NCBI RefSeq assembly: GCF_021246445.1
Contig: NZ_JAJQXW010000001.1
Span: 1,630,168-1,694,167, forward strand
Length of the DNA: 64,000 nucleotides
From: Rhabdothermincola salaria
Lineage (GTDB): Bacteria > Actinomycetota > Acidimicrobiia > Acidimicrobiales > Acidimicrobilacustridaceae
Direction of reading: 5' to 3'
Below the pieces are notes generated by a model. That model had not been told where the DNA came from. It did not search any database and worked only from the letters and a program-made list of their open reading frames with translations. Every line of letters starts with the position of its first letter. Position 1 is the stretch's first letter. The translations under genes and the position numbers were made by a program. This document shows positions 30,115 to 44,485 of this stretch, piece by piece.

Positions 30115-32217
30115 TCAGCGGGTGGTGAGGCTGACCGAGGTCTCCTTGCGGACGGCCTGGCCGACGGCGGGATCGCTGCCGGTGACGGGACTGAGCGGCG
30201 AGCCCTGGATGCCCCCGACGTAGAGGCCCAGGTTCTGCAGGGCGGTGGAGGCCTCGAGGATCGTCATGCCCACGATCGACGACGGGATGGTGACGAGCTC
30301 GGGCCCCTTGGACACCACGACGGTGACGCTGCTCCCGCGCTCGACGGTGGCCCCGCCCTGGGGGTCGAGAGAGAGCACGGTGCCCACCGCCGCCTCGTCG
30401 TCGAACTGCTCGACCTTCTCGGGCACCAGGGCCTCGGCCTCGAGCGCGGCCACGGCGGCGTCGTAGGTGCCGCCGACCAACCCGGCCGGGACGGTGCGCG
30501 GGAAGGGGCCGTCGCTGACGGTCAACGCCACCGCCCCGCCCCTGGGGAGCTCGGCCGGGGTGCCTTCGGCCAGGCCCAGCACCGTGTCGTAGTCCCAGTT
30601 CTCGTCGTAGGTGCGGGTGACCTCGCCCACGGTGAGGCCGATGGCGGCCAGCTCGTCGGTGACCTGCTGGAGGGACTTGCCGCCGATCTGGTCGGCCGGG
30701 GGGACGGCCACCGGAGGCGGACCCCTCGAGACGACCAGGGCGACCGCCTCGCCCTCCTCGAGCTCGACGCCCGCGCCCGGGTCCTGCCCGATGACGGTGC
30801 CCTCGGCCTCGACATCGTCGAACTCCTGGCGTTGCTCGACGACCAGGTCGTGCTCGGCCAGCTCGGCCAGCGCGGCGTCGACGGGGCCGCCGACGTAGCT
30901 GGGCAGCACGAACGTGGCCGGCCGCGTGCTGTACCAGGCCGCGGCCGAGCCGCCGCCCAACAGGGCCAGCACCACGAGCGCAGCCACGACGTAGCGGGCC
31001 CGCCGACGGCGACGCGGCGGTTCTCCGGCGCCGTCGCCGATGGGCGGGGGCCCGTCGTCGACGCCCGCCCCGGCCAGGGCCAGGGCCTCGGCGTCGGCCT
31101 TCTGGGCTCGCTGCTCCTCCTTGCGCCGACGCCGTCGCTCGGCCCGGCTCCGCGGTTCGTCGTCGGCGGGTGGGTCGCGGTCGACGCGCACCGTCTCGGG
31201 CTGCACCACCTCGATGCCCTCGTGCACGATGGTGAGGCCGTTGGTCGTCGTGCCCGGTGGTGCGGCCATGATCTCGGGATCGAGCTCGGCGCGCAGCTGA
31301 CGTTCGGACACGAAGAGCGTGGTGGGCTCGCGTGGCTCGAAGGCGTCCGGGTCGATGGTGGCCGTGCCGGCCAACGGCAGCGGCGACGCCGGGCCCAGGT
31401 CGCCGGCGGCCATCAAGAGGGTGGCGAAGCTGCCGGCATCGGGCCGTTCGGCGGGATCGTCGTTTCCGGCGGCGGCCAAGGCGGCGGTCAGGGGCCCGGC
31501 CTGCTCGGGGATCGGCAGGGGGTGCCCGACTCGGGCCATGAGGGTGCCGAGCGTGGTGTCGGCGGTGAAGGGGACCTCACCGGTGAGGGCCTCCACCAGC
31601 ACCAAGGCGAGGGAGTAGACGTCGCTGCGCCCGTCGAGGGGACGACCCTGGGCCTGCTCGGGGGACGCGTACCGGGCCGTGCCCAGCACCGCTCCCATCG
31701 GCTCGGTCCAGGCGGCCTCGGCCAGGGCCCGGGCCAGGCCGAAGTCGGCGATGCGCAGGCGACCCTCGTCGTCGAAAAGCAGGTTGGCGGGCTTGATGTC
31801 GCGGTGCACGAAGCCCCGCCGGTGGGCGTAGTCGAGACCTCGGGCGGCCTCGATGCCCACGTCGCGGACCTGGGACGGGTCGAGGTGGTGGCCCAGGTCG
31901 AGCATCGCCCGCAGGCTCCCCCCGCCGAGCAGCTCGGTGACCAGGTAGGGCACGTCGCCCTGGCCCCAGTCGTGCACGCCCATGACGTGGGGGTGGTTCA
32001 GTGCCGCCGCCGCCTGGGCCTCGGCCTGGAAGCGCTTGAGGAAGGCGGCGTCGTCGGCCAACGCCGCATGCAGGACCTTCACCGCCACACGGCGGCGAAG
32101 GACCACGTCATCGGCCAGGTAGACGGTCGCGGACGCCCCGGTCCCGATGGGACCGAGCAGGCGATAGCGCCCACCGAGGACCTGACCCACACGGTCGCTC
32201 ACGCGGGAAATTGCCAC
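30115..32217 (-). CDS. PASTA-domain Ser/Thr protein kinase (PknB/PknL-like)
   Basis: GTGASATVY, VAVK, HRDIKPAN, DFG, ASPEQ, one TM helix, PASTA repeats (VSRGP, VSDGP, VSKGP). Confidence 0.95.
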   Translation of the reverse strand: MAISRVSDRVGQVLGGRYRLLGPIGTGASATVYLADDVVLRRRVAVKVLHAALADDAAFLKRFQAEAQAAAALNHPHVMGVHDWGQGDVPYLVTELLGGGSLRAMLDLGHHLDPSQVRDVGIEAARGLDYAHRRGFVHRDIKPANLLFDDEGRLRIADFGLARALAEAAWTEPMGAVLGTARYASPEQAQGRPLDGRSDVYSLALVLVEALTGEVPFTADTTLGTLMARVGHPLPIPEQAGPLTAALAAAGNDDPAERPDAGSFATLLMAAGDLGPASPLPLAGTATIDPDAFEPREPTTLFVSERQLRAELDPEIMAAPPGTTTNGLTIVHEGIEVVQPETVRVDRDPPADDEPRSRAERRRRRKEEQRAQKADAEALALAGAGVDDGPPPIGDGAGEPPRRRRRARYVVAALVVLALLGGGSAAAWYSTRPATFVLPSYVGGPVDAALAELAEHDLVVEQRQEFDDVEAEGTVIGQDPGAGVELEEGEAVALVVSRGPPPVAVPPADQIGGKSLQQVTDELAAIGLTVGEVTRTYDENWDYDTVLGLAEGTPAELPRGGAVALTVSDGPFPRTVPAGLVGGTYDAAVAALEAEALVPEKVEQFDDEAAVGTVLSLDPQGGATVERGSSVTVVVSKGPELVTIPSSIVGMTILEASTALQNLGLYVGGIQGSPLSPVTGSDPAVGQAVRKETSVSLTTR

Positions 32218-32318
32218 TCCCCGAGGCTACTGGTTACACGCGTGCAATTCGGCGACCCCTCCCGCTCCACCTCGGCCCGATGGCACTCGCCCGCCGATCG
32301 GCGGGCACACTGGGGCCC

Positions 32319-32774
32319 ATGACCGATCCCGCTGCGTCGACGACCACCTCGGGGGCCGCCCGCCCGCCCCGACGCCTCCAACCCCGTCACGCCGGCTACG
32401 TCGCGCTCGTCGCGGTCGCCGCCGTGGCCCTCTACTTCGTGTACCAGCTGGCGGCCGAGGACGGTGGCACCGGGCAGAGCTCGGCCATCGAGCAGCTCTA
32501 TCCGACCGAAGAGGCCCAGATCCTGCAACAGGACCGCATCGGCATCGATCTGGCCCCCGGCTACGAGGGGAGCCTGGCCCTCAACGGGGACCCGCTGCCC
32601 GATGACGAGGTCATGCTCGTGCCGGAGCTGAACCAGGTCTTCTACCAGCCTGGCCCGGGCCAGACCTTCGAGTCGTGGCCGGCCGGACGCAACTGCATCA
32701 TCGCCACGTTCTGGCGCTCGGAGACCGGCCCCGGCCAGTCGAGCAGCCGGGCGTGGTGCTTCACGGTGGTGTGA
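32319..32774 (+). CDS. Hypothetical membrane-anchored protein
   Basis: N-terminal TM helix and a beta-rich extracellular domain; start placed after a CACACT -10. Confidence 0.7.
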   Translation: MTDPAASTTTSGAARPPRRLQPRHAGYVALVAVAAVALYFVYQLAAEDGGTGQSSAIEQLYPTEEAQILQQDRIGIDLAPGYEGSLALNGDPLPDDEVMLVPELNQVFYQPGPGQTFESWPAGRNCIIATFWRSETGPGQSSSRAWCFTVV

Positions 32775-32802
32775 TCCGGCGGCGAGCAGCCGGCAGCGGG
32801 CC

Positions 32803-33456
32803 TCAGGTGGGGGCGGGGCCCTCGGCGTCGAGGAGCCGTTGCAGCTCGTCGAGCGCCGGCAGGTGGTCGTCGTCCACCAAGATGGCGTGCATGCCCAGCG
32901 CCCGGGCGGCCTCGACGTTGCCCCGGGCGTCGTCGAGGAAGACCGCCTCGTCGGCTGCCACGCCGAGCTGATCGAGCGCCATCTGGAAGATCCGCGGATC
33001 GGGCTTGCGCATCCCCACCTGGCTCGAGTCGACGACGAACTCGAAGAGGTCGTCGACGGGGATCATGGCTCGCCAACCGTCGGCGAACTCCGCCACGTTG
33101 TTGGTGATGAGGGCGGTGCGGTAGCCGCGCGACCGCAGGCCGAGGGTGAGGTCGATGACGTCCTGGCGCACGCCTCCCCCACCGCCCATGGACGACAGCA
33201 GGTCGAACAAGTCGATGTCGAGGCCCTCCTCGGCGGCGACTGCCTTGATCTGCTCCGCCGCCGCGGCGATGGCCACCTCGCCCCGCTCGAGCCGGTGCCA
33301 CGGGTGGTCGGTGTCCTGGTCGTAGGGGCCGAAGACCGCTCGCAGGCCGACCGCGGGATCGAGGCCTCGCTCGACGTGCCACCCGTGCACCCCGGTGAAG
33401 GGCGAGCCCGTGTAGACGCCCCCGAAGTCGAACACCACGGCCTTGATGGTCACCAC
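32803..33456 (-). CDS. HAD-superfamily hydrolase
   Basis: FDFGGV, ITNN, RKPDPRIF, FLDD. Confidence 0.92.
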   Translation of the reverse strand: MVTIKAVVFDFGGVYTGSPFTGVHGWHVERGLDPAVGLRAVFGPYDQDTDHPWHRLERGEVAIAAAAEQIKAVAAEEGLDIDLFDLLSSMGGGGGVRQDVIDLTLGLRSRGYRTALITNNVAEFADGWRAMIPVDDLFEFVVDSSQVGMRKPDPRIFQMALDQLGVAADEAVFLDDARGNVEAARALGMHAILVDDDHLPALDELQRLLDAEGPAPT

Positions 33457-33509
33457 GTCCCCCTGCGATCGACGTCTGTCGCCGCCCGGTTGGCGGCGCC
33501 TGACGTGTT

Positions 33510-36735
<3,226 letters not shown>

Positions 36736-36864
36736 TGCAGCACGATCGCCACCACGTGACCACCTCTCCGGGCCGCCCCCCGACGCCCCTCACCCCCCGG
36801 TCGTCGACCGCGGGCACCCCACTGGAATAGCCAGCGGGGCACCACCTCGGCAAATCTCGACGGG

Positions 36865-37764
36865 ATGGACGGACTCGCCCCCCTCGCGCGCCGTTGGGGC
36901 CTGCCCCTGCTCTGGCTCACCCTGCCCTTCCTCGCCGGCCCCTCGTTCGCCGACGCGCTCGACCCCCGGAGCCGGCCGATCCAGGTCACCGCCAGCCTCG
37001 GCCTGTGGGCCCTGTGGGCCGTGGCGCTGGTGGCGACGCTCGTCCCCCGGACGGTGTCGCTCACGCTGGTGCGCATCACGGTGCCCGCCTCGGTGGTGGC
37101 GGCGGGCTGGGCCGCGCTCGTCGTCCCCGACGGCGCCGGTGCCCCCGAGGCCGTCGCCCTCGGCATCACCACGTTGAGCGCCGTCGTGGCCCTCTCCGCC
37201 CCCGTCGGCGAGGAGTTCGTGAACGGGTCCGCGTACGGCGAGGAGCGCCGTCTCCCCCTCCGCCCCCCCGGGCCGTTGGTGCTCGGGCCGATCGAGCTGG
37301 TCTGGGCGCTGGTCGTGGCCGGCGCGGTGGCAGGCCCTCTCCTGCTGGCCGCCGAGCAGTGGGTGCTCGGCGCCGTGTTGATCGCCGTGGGCTGGGCCGT
37401 CGCCGCGCTCGGCGTGCGCTCCCTGCACCAGTTGGCCCGCCGCTGGGTGGTGTTCGTGCCGGCCGGCATGGTGCTGGTCGACACGACGGTCCTCACCGAC
37501 GCCCTCCTCGCCCGGCGTCACCGCATCGCCCACCTCGGGCCGGCGCCGGCGGAGAACGCGGCCCTGGACCTCACCGCCGGAGCGCTGGGCCTGGCCCTCC
37601 AACTGGAGTTCACCGAGCCCGAGGTCATCGTCCCGGTGCCGCCCCGGCCAGCCCGCGGCGAGCGCTCCACCACCCCACTGCGGGTGGAGGCCGTCACCTT
37701 CACCCCGTCACGATCCACGGCCGTGCTCCGAGAGGCGGCCCGGCGCCGGGTCCCGGTGGGCTGA
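36865..37764 (+). CDS. Hypothetical integral membrane protein
   Basis: About 6 TM segments and a soluble C-terminus; typical codon bias. Confidence 0.75.
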   Translation: MDGLAPLARRWGLPLLWLTLPFLAGPSFADALDPRSRPIQVTASLGLWALWAVALVATLVPRTVSLTLVRITVPASVVAAGWAALVVPDGAGAPEAVALGITTLSAVVALSAPVGEEFVNGSAYGEERRLPLRPPGPLVLGPIELVWALVVAGAVAGPLLLAAEQWVLGAVLIAVGWAVAALGVRSLHQLARRWVVFVPAGMVLVDTTVLTDALLARRHRIAHLGPAPAENAALDLTAGALGLALQLEFTEPEVIVPVPPRPARGERSTTPLRVEAVTFTPSRSTAVLREAARRRVPVG

Positions 37765-37777
37765 TCCGACGCCGGGC

Positions 37778-38857
37778 TCAGGTCCGGGTGACGGTGCCGC
37801 CGGCCAGGACGACGTCGCCGTCGTAGAGCACCAGGCTCTGGCCGGGGGCCATCCGCCGCTGCGCCTCCACCCATGTCACCGTCAGCGCGCCGCGCTCGTC
37901 CTCGACCACCGACGCCACCTCGATCGGGGCCCCGTGGGCGCTGCACTGGGCGGTGAGCGGGTCGACGCGACCGGCGAGCACGTCGACCCGGGCCGCCTCG
38001 TCGACCCACCCGACCCCACCGATCGCCTCGAACGGCGTCGCCAGCTCCGCGGCGGTGCCCACCCGCACAGTCGACGTCTCGACGTCGACGTCGACCGCGT
38101 AGCGAGGCGAGCCGTCGACGGCGACGCCGAGCCCTCGCCGCTGGCCGACGGTGACGAGTTGCACGGCCTCGACCTCGCCGACGGCCCGGCCCTCGTCATC
38201 GACGAGGCGGCCCGGGCGCAGCGCCAGCCGGGACCCGAGAAAGGCGCGACGGCCACCGTCTTTGCGGGTGATGAAGCAGACGTCCTGGCTGTCGGGCTTG
38301 CCGGCGGTGCGCAGGCCCAGCTCCTCGGCCCGCTGCCGCACCTCGGCCTTGGTCATGGCCCCGATGGGGAACTGCACCTCGGCCAGCTGGGCGCCGTGGA
38401 GGACGTGGAGGACGTAGCTCTGGTCCTTGGCGGCGTCGGCACCCCGGGCCAGCCGGGGCGACCCGCCCGCTCCCGCGTCGACGATGCGAGCGTGGTGGCC
38501 GGTGGCCACGGCGTCGAAGCCGAGCGCACGGGCCCGCCCCAGCAGGCGGTCGAACTTGAGGTGGCGGTTGCACTCGATGCAGGGGTTGGGGGTGAGGCCG
38601 GCATCGTGGTCGGCCACGTAGGGACCGACCACGTGGCGGGTGAAGTCGTCGCCGAAGTTGAACACCAGGTGCTCGATGTCGAGCTGCTGGGCCACCCGCC
38701 GGGCGTCGTCGACGTCGCTGACCGAGCAGCAGCCGGAGTCGCTCTCGCCGCCCCAGAGCTTCAGGGTGACGCCCACGACGTCGTGACCGGCGTCGCGCAG
38801 CACCGCGGCGGCGACCGACGAGTCCACTCCCCCGGACATGGCGACGAGGACGGCCAC
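37778..38857 (-). CDS. mnmA: tRNA 2-thiouridine(34) synthase
   Basis: AMSGGVDSS, TPNPCIECN, ATGHHA, KDQSYVL, KPDSQDVCF, APGQ. Confidence 0.97.
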   Translation of the reverse strand: MAVLVAMSGGVDSSVAAAVLRDAGHDVVGVTLKLWGGESDSGCCSVSDVDDARRVAQQLDIEHLVFNFGDDFTRHVVGPYVADHDAGLTPNPCIECNRHLKFDRLLGRARALGFDAVATGHHARIVDAGAGGSPRLARGADAAKDQSYVLHVLHGAQLAEVQFPIGAMTKAEVRQRAEELGLRTAGKPDSQDVCFITRKDGGRRAFLGSRLALRPGRLVDDEGRAVGEVEAVQLVTVGQRRGLGVAVDGSPRYAVDVDVETSTVRVGTAAELATPFEAIGGVGWVDEAARVDVLAGRVDPLTAQCSAHGAPIEVASVVEDERGALTVTWVEAQRRMAPGQSLVLYDGDVVLAGGTVTRT

Positions 38858-38862
38858 GGCGG

Positions 38863-40092
38863 TCAGAGGGTGAAGCGGCGCAGCTGGTGCACCGCCGGGG
38901 GGATGGCGGCCAGGGCGTGGTCGACCTCGGCGTCGGTGCTGGCCCAGCCGAGCGAGAGCCGCAGCGACCCCGCCGCCCACTCGGACGGGACGCCCATGGC
39001 CCCGAGGACGTGGGAGGCCTCCATCGCCCCGCTGGAGCACGACGACGCCGCCGAGGCGAACACCTCGGCCTGCTCGAGCAGGTACAGCAAGGCCTCGCTC
39101 TCGACCCCGCCGAGGCACAGGTGGGCGATGCCCGGGGCCCGGCCCGATCGGTCGGCGAGGCCGTCGACGCGCTCGACCCCGGTCTCGACCGCGTCGTCGA
39201 GCACGGCCAGCAGGCCCTCGACCAGGCGGTCGCGGAGCTTGGTCAGGCGCTCGACCTCGGCGGGGCGCGAGGCGGCGGTGAGGCGGCCGGCGACGGTGGC
39301 GGCCACGATGCCGGCCACGTCCTGGGTGCCCGGCCGATGGCCGCGCTCCTGGCCCCCACCCAGCTGGCGAGGGGTGAGCCGGACCGAAGGGCGCACGACG
39401 AGCAGGCCCACGCCCTTGGGGCCACCGAACTTGTGGGCCGACAAGCTGACCAGGTCGGCGGCAGCGGCCGCGACGGAGAGGTCGGCCAGGCAGAAGCCCT
39501 GGACGGCGTCGGTGTGCAGGGCCGCGTGCGGGGCATGGCGGCGGACGACCTCGGCCACCTCACCGACGGGCTGCACGGCGCCGGTCTCGTTGTTGGCGAA
39601 CATCACCGACACGAGGCGCACGCCGGGACCCTCGCCGGCATCGTGGCGCCGGGCCTCCTGGTCGAGCACGGCGGCGAGGTCGTCGAGGTCGAGGCGTCCG
39701 GTGCGATCGACGGCGACGGTGCGGCCCCCGAGGGCCAGGGTGGGATCGAGCACGGCGTGGTGCTCTATCGCCGAGCACACCACCAGCCCGGCGTGGGCGG
39801 TGAGCTCGGCCGCCGGGTCGTCGGGACGGCGGGCGGCGCCGAACACGGCGAGGTTGTCGGACTCGGTGCCCCCGCTGGTGAACACCACCTCGCCGGGAGC
39901 GCAGCCCAGCATCTCGGCCCACTCGTCGCGGGCCTCGTCGAGGGCTCGCCGGGCGTCGCGCGCCATGCGGTGGGCGCCGCTCGGGTTGGCGTAGCGCACG
40001 GTGAGGAACGGCAGCATGGCCTCGACCGCCTCCGGCCGCATCGGCGTGGTGGCGGCGTGGTCGAGGTAGGCGCTCTGGTGGGCGGCGGGCAT
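38863..40092 (-). CDS. iscS: Cysteine desulfurase
   Basis: YLDHAATTP, FTSGGTESDN, HTDAVQ, SAHKFGGPKG, ASSCSSG. Confidence 0.93.
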   Translation of the reverse strand: MPAAHQSAYLDHAATTPMRPEAVEAMLPFLTVRYANPSGAHRMARDARRALDEARDEWAEMLGCAPGEVVFTSGGTESDNLAVFGAARRPDDPAAELTAHAGLVVCSAIEHHAVLDPTLALGGRTVAVDRTGRLDLDDLAAVLDQEARRHDAGEGPGVRLVSVMFANNETGAVQPVGEVAEVVRRHAPHAALHTDAVQGFCLADLSVAAAAADLVSLSAHKFGGPKGVGLLVVRPSVRLTPRQLGGGQERGHRPGTQDVAGIVAATVAGRLTAASRPAEVERLTKLRDRLVEGLLAVLDDAVETGVERVDGLADRSGRAPGIAHLCLGGVESEALLYLLEQAEVFASAASSCSSGAMEASHVLGAMGVPSEWAAGSLRLSLGWASTDAEVDHALAAIPPAVHQLRRFTL

Positions 40093-40154
40093 GACCCTGC
40101 CAGGCTACGGCCCGCGTCGCGGGCTCACCCATCGGCACGCGTCAGACTGGGGCG

Positions 40155-40955
40155 GTGCACGAGCCCGCGCAGTACGGCGATGCCTTCGCCGACGTCTACG
40201 ACGACTGGTACGGGGAGGCCTTCGACACCGACACCGCGGTGGACGCGCTGGCGGCGCTGGCGGGGACGGGCCCGGTCCTCGAGCTCGGCGTGGGCACCGG
40301 GCGCCTCGCCATCCCCCTGGCCGCCACAGGGCTCACGGTGATCGGAGTCGACGCCTCGAAGGCGATGCTCGATCGTCTGGCGGCCAAGCCCGGAGGGGTC
40401 CGCGTCCATCCGCTCCTGGCCGACATGGGCGACCTGCTCGTCGAGGCGGCCCACGACCTGGCTCCCGGCGAGCACGAGGCGACGCCCACCCGCCTGGGAC
40501 CCGACGCCATCGGTGCCTTCGCCCTCGTGTTCGCCGCCTACAACACCTTCTTCAACCTCACCACCGACGACGCCCAACGTCGCTGCCTCCACCAGTGCGC
40601 CCGCCTGCTCGCCCCCGGCGGCGCGCTCGCCGTCGAGGCCTTCGTCCCCACCGACGAGGACGTGCCCCGGACCTCGCTCGATGTGCGAACCGTCCGCGCC
40701 GACGCCGTGGTGCTCACCGCCACCGAGCACGACGCCGCCGCCCAGGTGATCCAGGGCCAGCACGTCGAGCTCACCGAGGACGGCGTGCGGCTGCGCCCGT
40801 GGCGCGTCCGCTACCTCACGCCCGAACAGCTCGACGAGGCGGCCGCCGCCGCCGGCCTGGTCCGCACCGAGCGCTGGGGCGGCTGGGACGGCCGGGCCTT
40901 CGACGCGTCCTGCGACACCCACGTGAGCGTCTACCGGAGGGCCCCCACACCGTGA
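40155..40955 (+). CDS. Class I SAM-dependent methyltransferase
   Basis: VLELGVGTGR, GVDAS, LAPGG. Confidence 0.9.
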   Translation: MHEPAQYGDAFADVYDDWYGEAFDTDTAVDALAALAGTGPVLELGVGTGRLAIPLAATGLTVIGVDASKAMLDRLAAKPGGVRVHPLLADMGDLLVEAAHDLAPGEHEATPTRLGPDAIGAFALVFAAYNTFFNLTTDDAQRRCLHQCARLLAPGGALAVEAFVPTDEDVPRTSLDVRTVRADAVVLTATEHDAAAQVIQGQHVELTEDGVRLRPWRVRYLTPEQLDEAAAAAGLVRTERWGGWDGRAFDASCDTHVSVYRRAPTP

Positions 40956-41929
40956 GCCAGCTGCGCCTCAACCCGCTCACCGACCGCTGGGTGGCCATCG
41001 CGGTGGAACGAGCGTCGCGTCCCGGCGACTTCGCGCCGCGGTGGCTCGACGTGGAGCCGTCGGACCGCCCGTGCCCCTTCTGCCCGGGACACGAGGAGGA
41101 GACCCCGCCGGCGCTGGAGACCTACGCCCGCGACGGGCGTTGGTTGGTGCGGGTGGTCCCCAACCTCTACCCCGCCTTCGACGGGCGCGGGCCTTTCAGT
41201 GTCGACCACCTCGGCCCTCTCCACGCCCAGGCGCCCGCCACCGGCATCCACGAGGTGCTGGTGTTCTCGCCCGACCACCGGGCCAGCTGGTCCGGCCTCG
41301 ACGACAAGCAGGTCGGGCTCACCATGGCCGCCATCCGCGATCGCCTCGAGGACCACGCCCGCCAGTCGTCGGTGCGCTACACGCAGGTCATCGTCAACCA
41401 CGGCCGCGAGGCGGGCGCGTCCCTGGAGCACCCCCACGGCCAGTTGCTCGGCATACCGTTCGTGCCCGAGGAGCTCAGCGCCGAGTGCCGGGGCTTCACC
41501 GGCTTCGACCACCGCCACGGCGACTGCGTGCTGTGCGCCACCGACACCACCGAGCGCGACGAGGGGCGGCGGGTGGTCTCCGCCGACGACAAGGTCGTGG
41601 TGCTGTGCCCCTACTGGAGCGCCACCCCCTACGAGATGCTCGTCGTGCCCCGCCGCCACGAGGCCCACCTGGCCGGGGCCGATCCGGGCGACCTGGTGGC
41701 CGTGGGGCGGGCCGTGCGCGACTGCCTCGCCGCACTGCAACGCCTGGTGGGGGACGTGGCCTACAACCTGGTGTTCCACTCCGCTCCCCACCAGGGCGAG
41801 GGGCTCTTCCACTGGCACGTGCACGTGCTGCCCCGCCTCACCAGCGTGGCCGGCTTCGAGGCGGGCACCGGCGTGCTCATCAACATCGTCGCCCCCGAAC
41901 GGGCCGCCGCCCAGCTCCGGGGCGCCTGA
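40952..41929 (+). CDS. galT: Galactose-1-phosphate uridylyltransferase family protein
   Basis: CPFCPGHE, PNLYPA, GASLEHPHGQ, FHWH, AGFE. Confidence 0.9.
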   Translation: MSQLRLNPLTDRWVAIAVERASRPGDFAPRWLDVEPSDRPCPFCPGHEEETPPALETYARDGRWLVRVVPNLYPAFDGRGPFSVDHLGPLHAQAPATGIHEVLVFSPDHRASWSGLDDKQVGLTMAAIRDRLEDHARQSSVRYTQVIVNHGREAGASLEHPHGQLLGIPFVPEELSAECRGFTGFDHRHGDCVLCATDTTERDEGRRVVSADDKVVVLCPYWSATPYEMLVVPRRHEAHLAGADPGDLVAVGRAVRDCLAALQRLVGDVAYNLVFHSAPHQGEGLFHWHVHVLPRLTSVAGFEAGTGVLINIVAPERAAAQLRGA

Positions 41930-41986
41930 AGGGGATCGTCGGCGCCGGGTCCGTCCTCGACCTCCACCGCTCCCTAGCATGCGGCC

Positions 41987-42430
41987 ATGGCCGGCATCCG
42001 CGTGAGCACCACCATCGACGCCACCCCGAGAGAGGTGTGGGAGGTGGTGCGCCACGTCGGTGACCACGTCGAGTGGATGGAGGACGCCGTGGCCATCCAC
42101 TTCACGTCGTCGCGCACGTCGGGGGTGGGGACCACGTTCGACTGCGACACCAAGGTGGGCCCCTTCCGCCTCACCGATCGCATGGAGATCACCCGCTGGG
42201 AGCCTCGCAAGGCCATGGGTGTGCGCCACGTGGGCATGGTCACCGGCACGGGCGTGTTCACCCTCACCCGCCGTCGCGGCGGTCGCACCCGTTTCACGTG
42301 GTCCGAGCGCCTCCGCTTCCCGTGGTGGATGGGCGGGCCGTTCGGCGCCGCCGTCGGCGGCGAGGTGCTGCGCCTGGTCTGGGCGCGCAACCTGGCCAAC
42401 CTCAAGCGCATCGTCGAGAGCGGGGGCTGA
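41987..42430 (+). CDS. SRPBCC/START-like family protein
   Basis: IDATPREVWEV...EW, GVGTTF, C-terminal helix NLANLKRIVE. Confidence 0.88.
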   Translation: MAGIRVSTTIDATPREVWEVVRHVGDHVEWMEDAVAIHFTSSRTSGVGTTFDCDTKVGPFRLTDRMEITRWEPRKAMGVRHVGMVTGTGVFTLTRRRGGRTRFTWSERLRFPWWMGGPFGAAVGGEVLRLVWARNLANLKRIVESGG

Positions 42431-42482
42431 GCACCGGCCGGTCCCCCGCGGCGCAGCGGGGACCGACGCGCCGCCCGTTCGG

Positions 42483-42916
42483 TCACGACGGCGGCAGGAG
42501 CACCACGCTCACGAAGAACTCGTCGATCTGGCGGACCACGCTGACGAACTGATCGAAGTCGACCGGCTTCTTGATGTAGGCGTTGGCGTGCATGTCGTAG
42601 CTGACGACGATGTCGCGCTCGGCGTCGCTGGTGGTGAGCACCACCACGGGGATGCGCTTGAGGTCGGAATCGGCCTTGAGCTCCTCGAGGACCTCGAGCC
42701 CGCCCTTGCGCGGGAGGTTGAGGTCGAGCAGCACGAGGTCGGGTCGGGCGCGCTCGGCGAACTCGCCCTCGGCGCGCAGGTAGGCCATGGCCTCGACTCC
42801 GTCGGCCACGACCGCGAGGTGGTTGGCCACCTTGCCCTCGGCCAGCGCTTCGCGGGCCATCAGCACGTCGCCGGGATCGTCCTCGACGAGCAGGATCTCG
42901 ATGGGCCGGGCCTGGT

Positions 42917-42920
<4 letters not shown>
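42483..42920 (-). CDS. Single-domain response regulator (Rcp1-like)
   Basis: [27 protein letters not shown]. Confidence 0.95.
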
Positions 42921-44476
<1,556 letters not shown>

Positions 44477-44485
44477 CGTGACCGC

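Noticed and set aside
29101..32322. Very long alternative ORFs (1073 aa here; also 42941-45799, 15155-17572, 33573-35765 and others)
   Set aside because: Antisense or off-frame shadows of well-supported genes, expected in high-GC DNA with few stop codons; no motifs.
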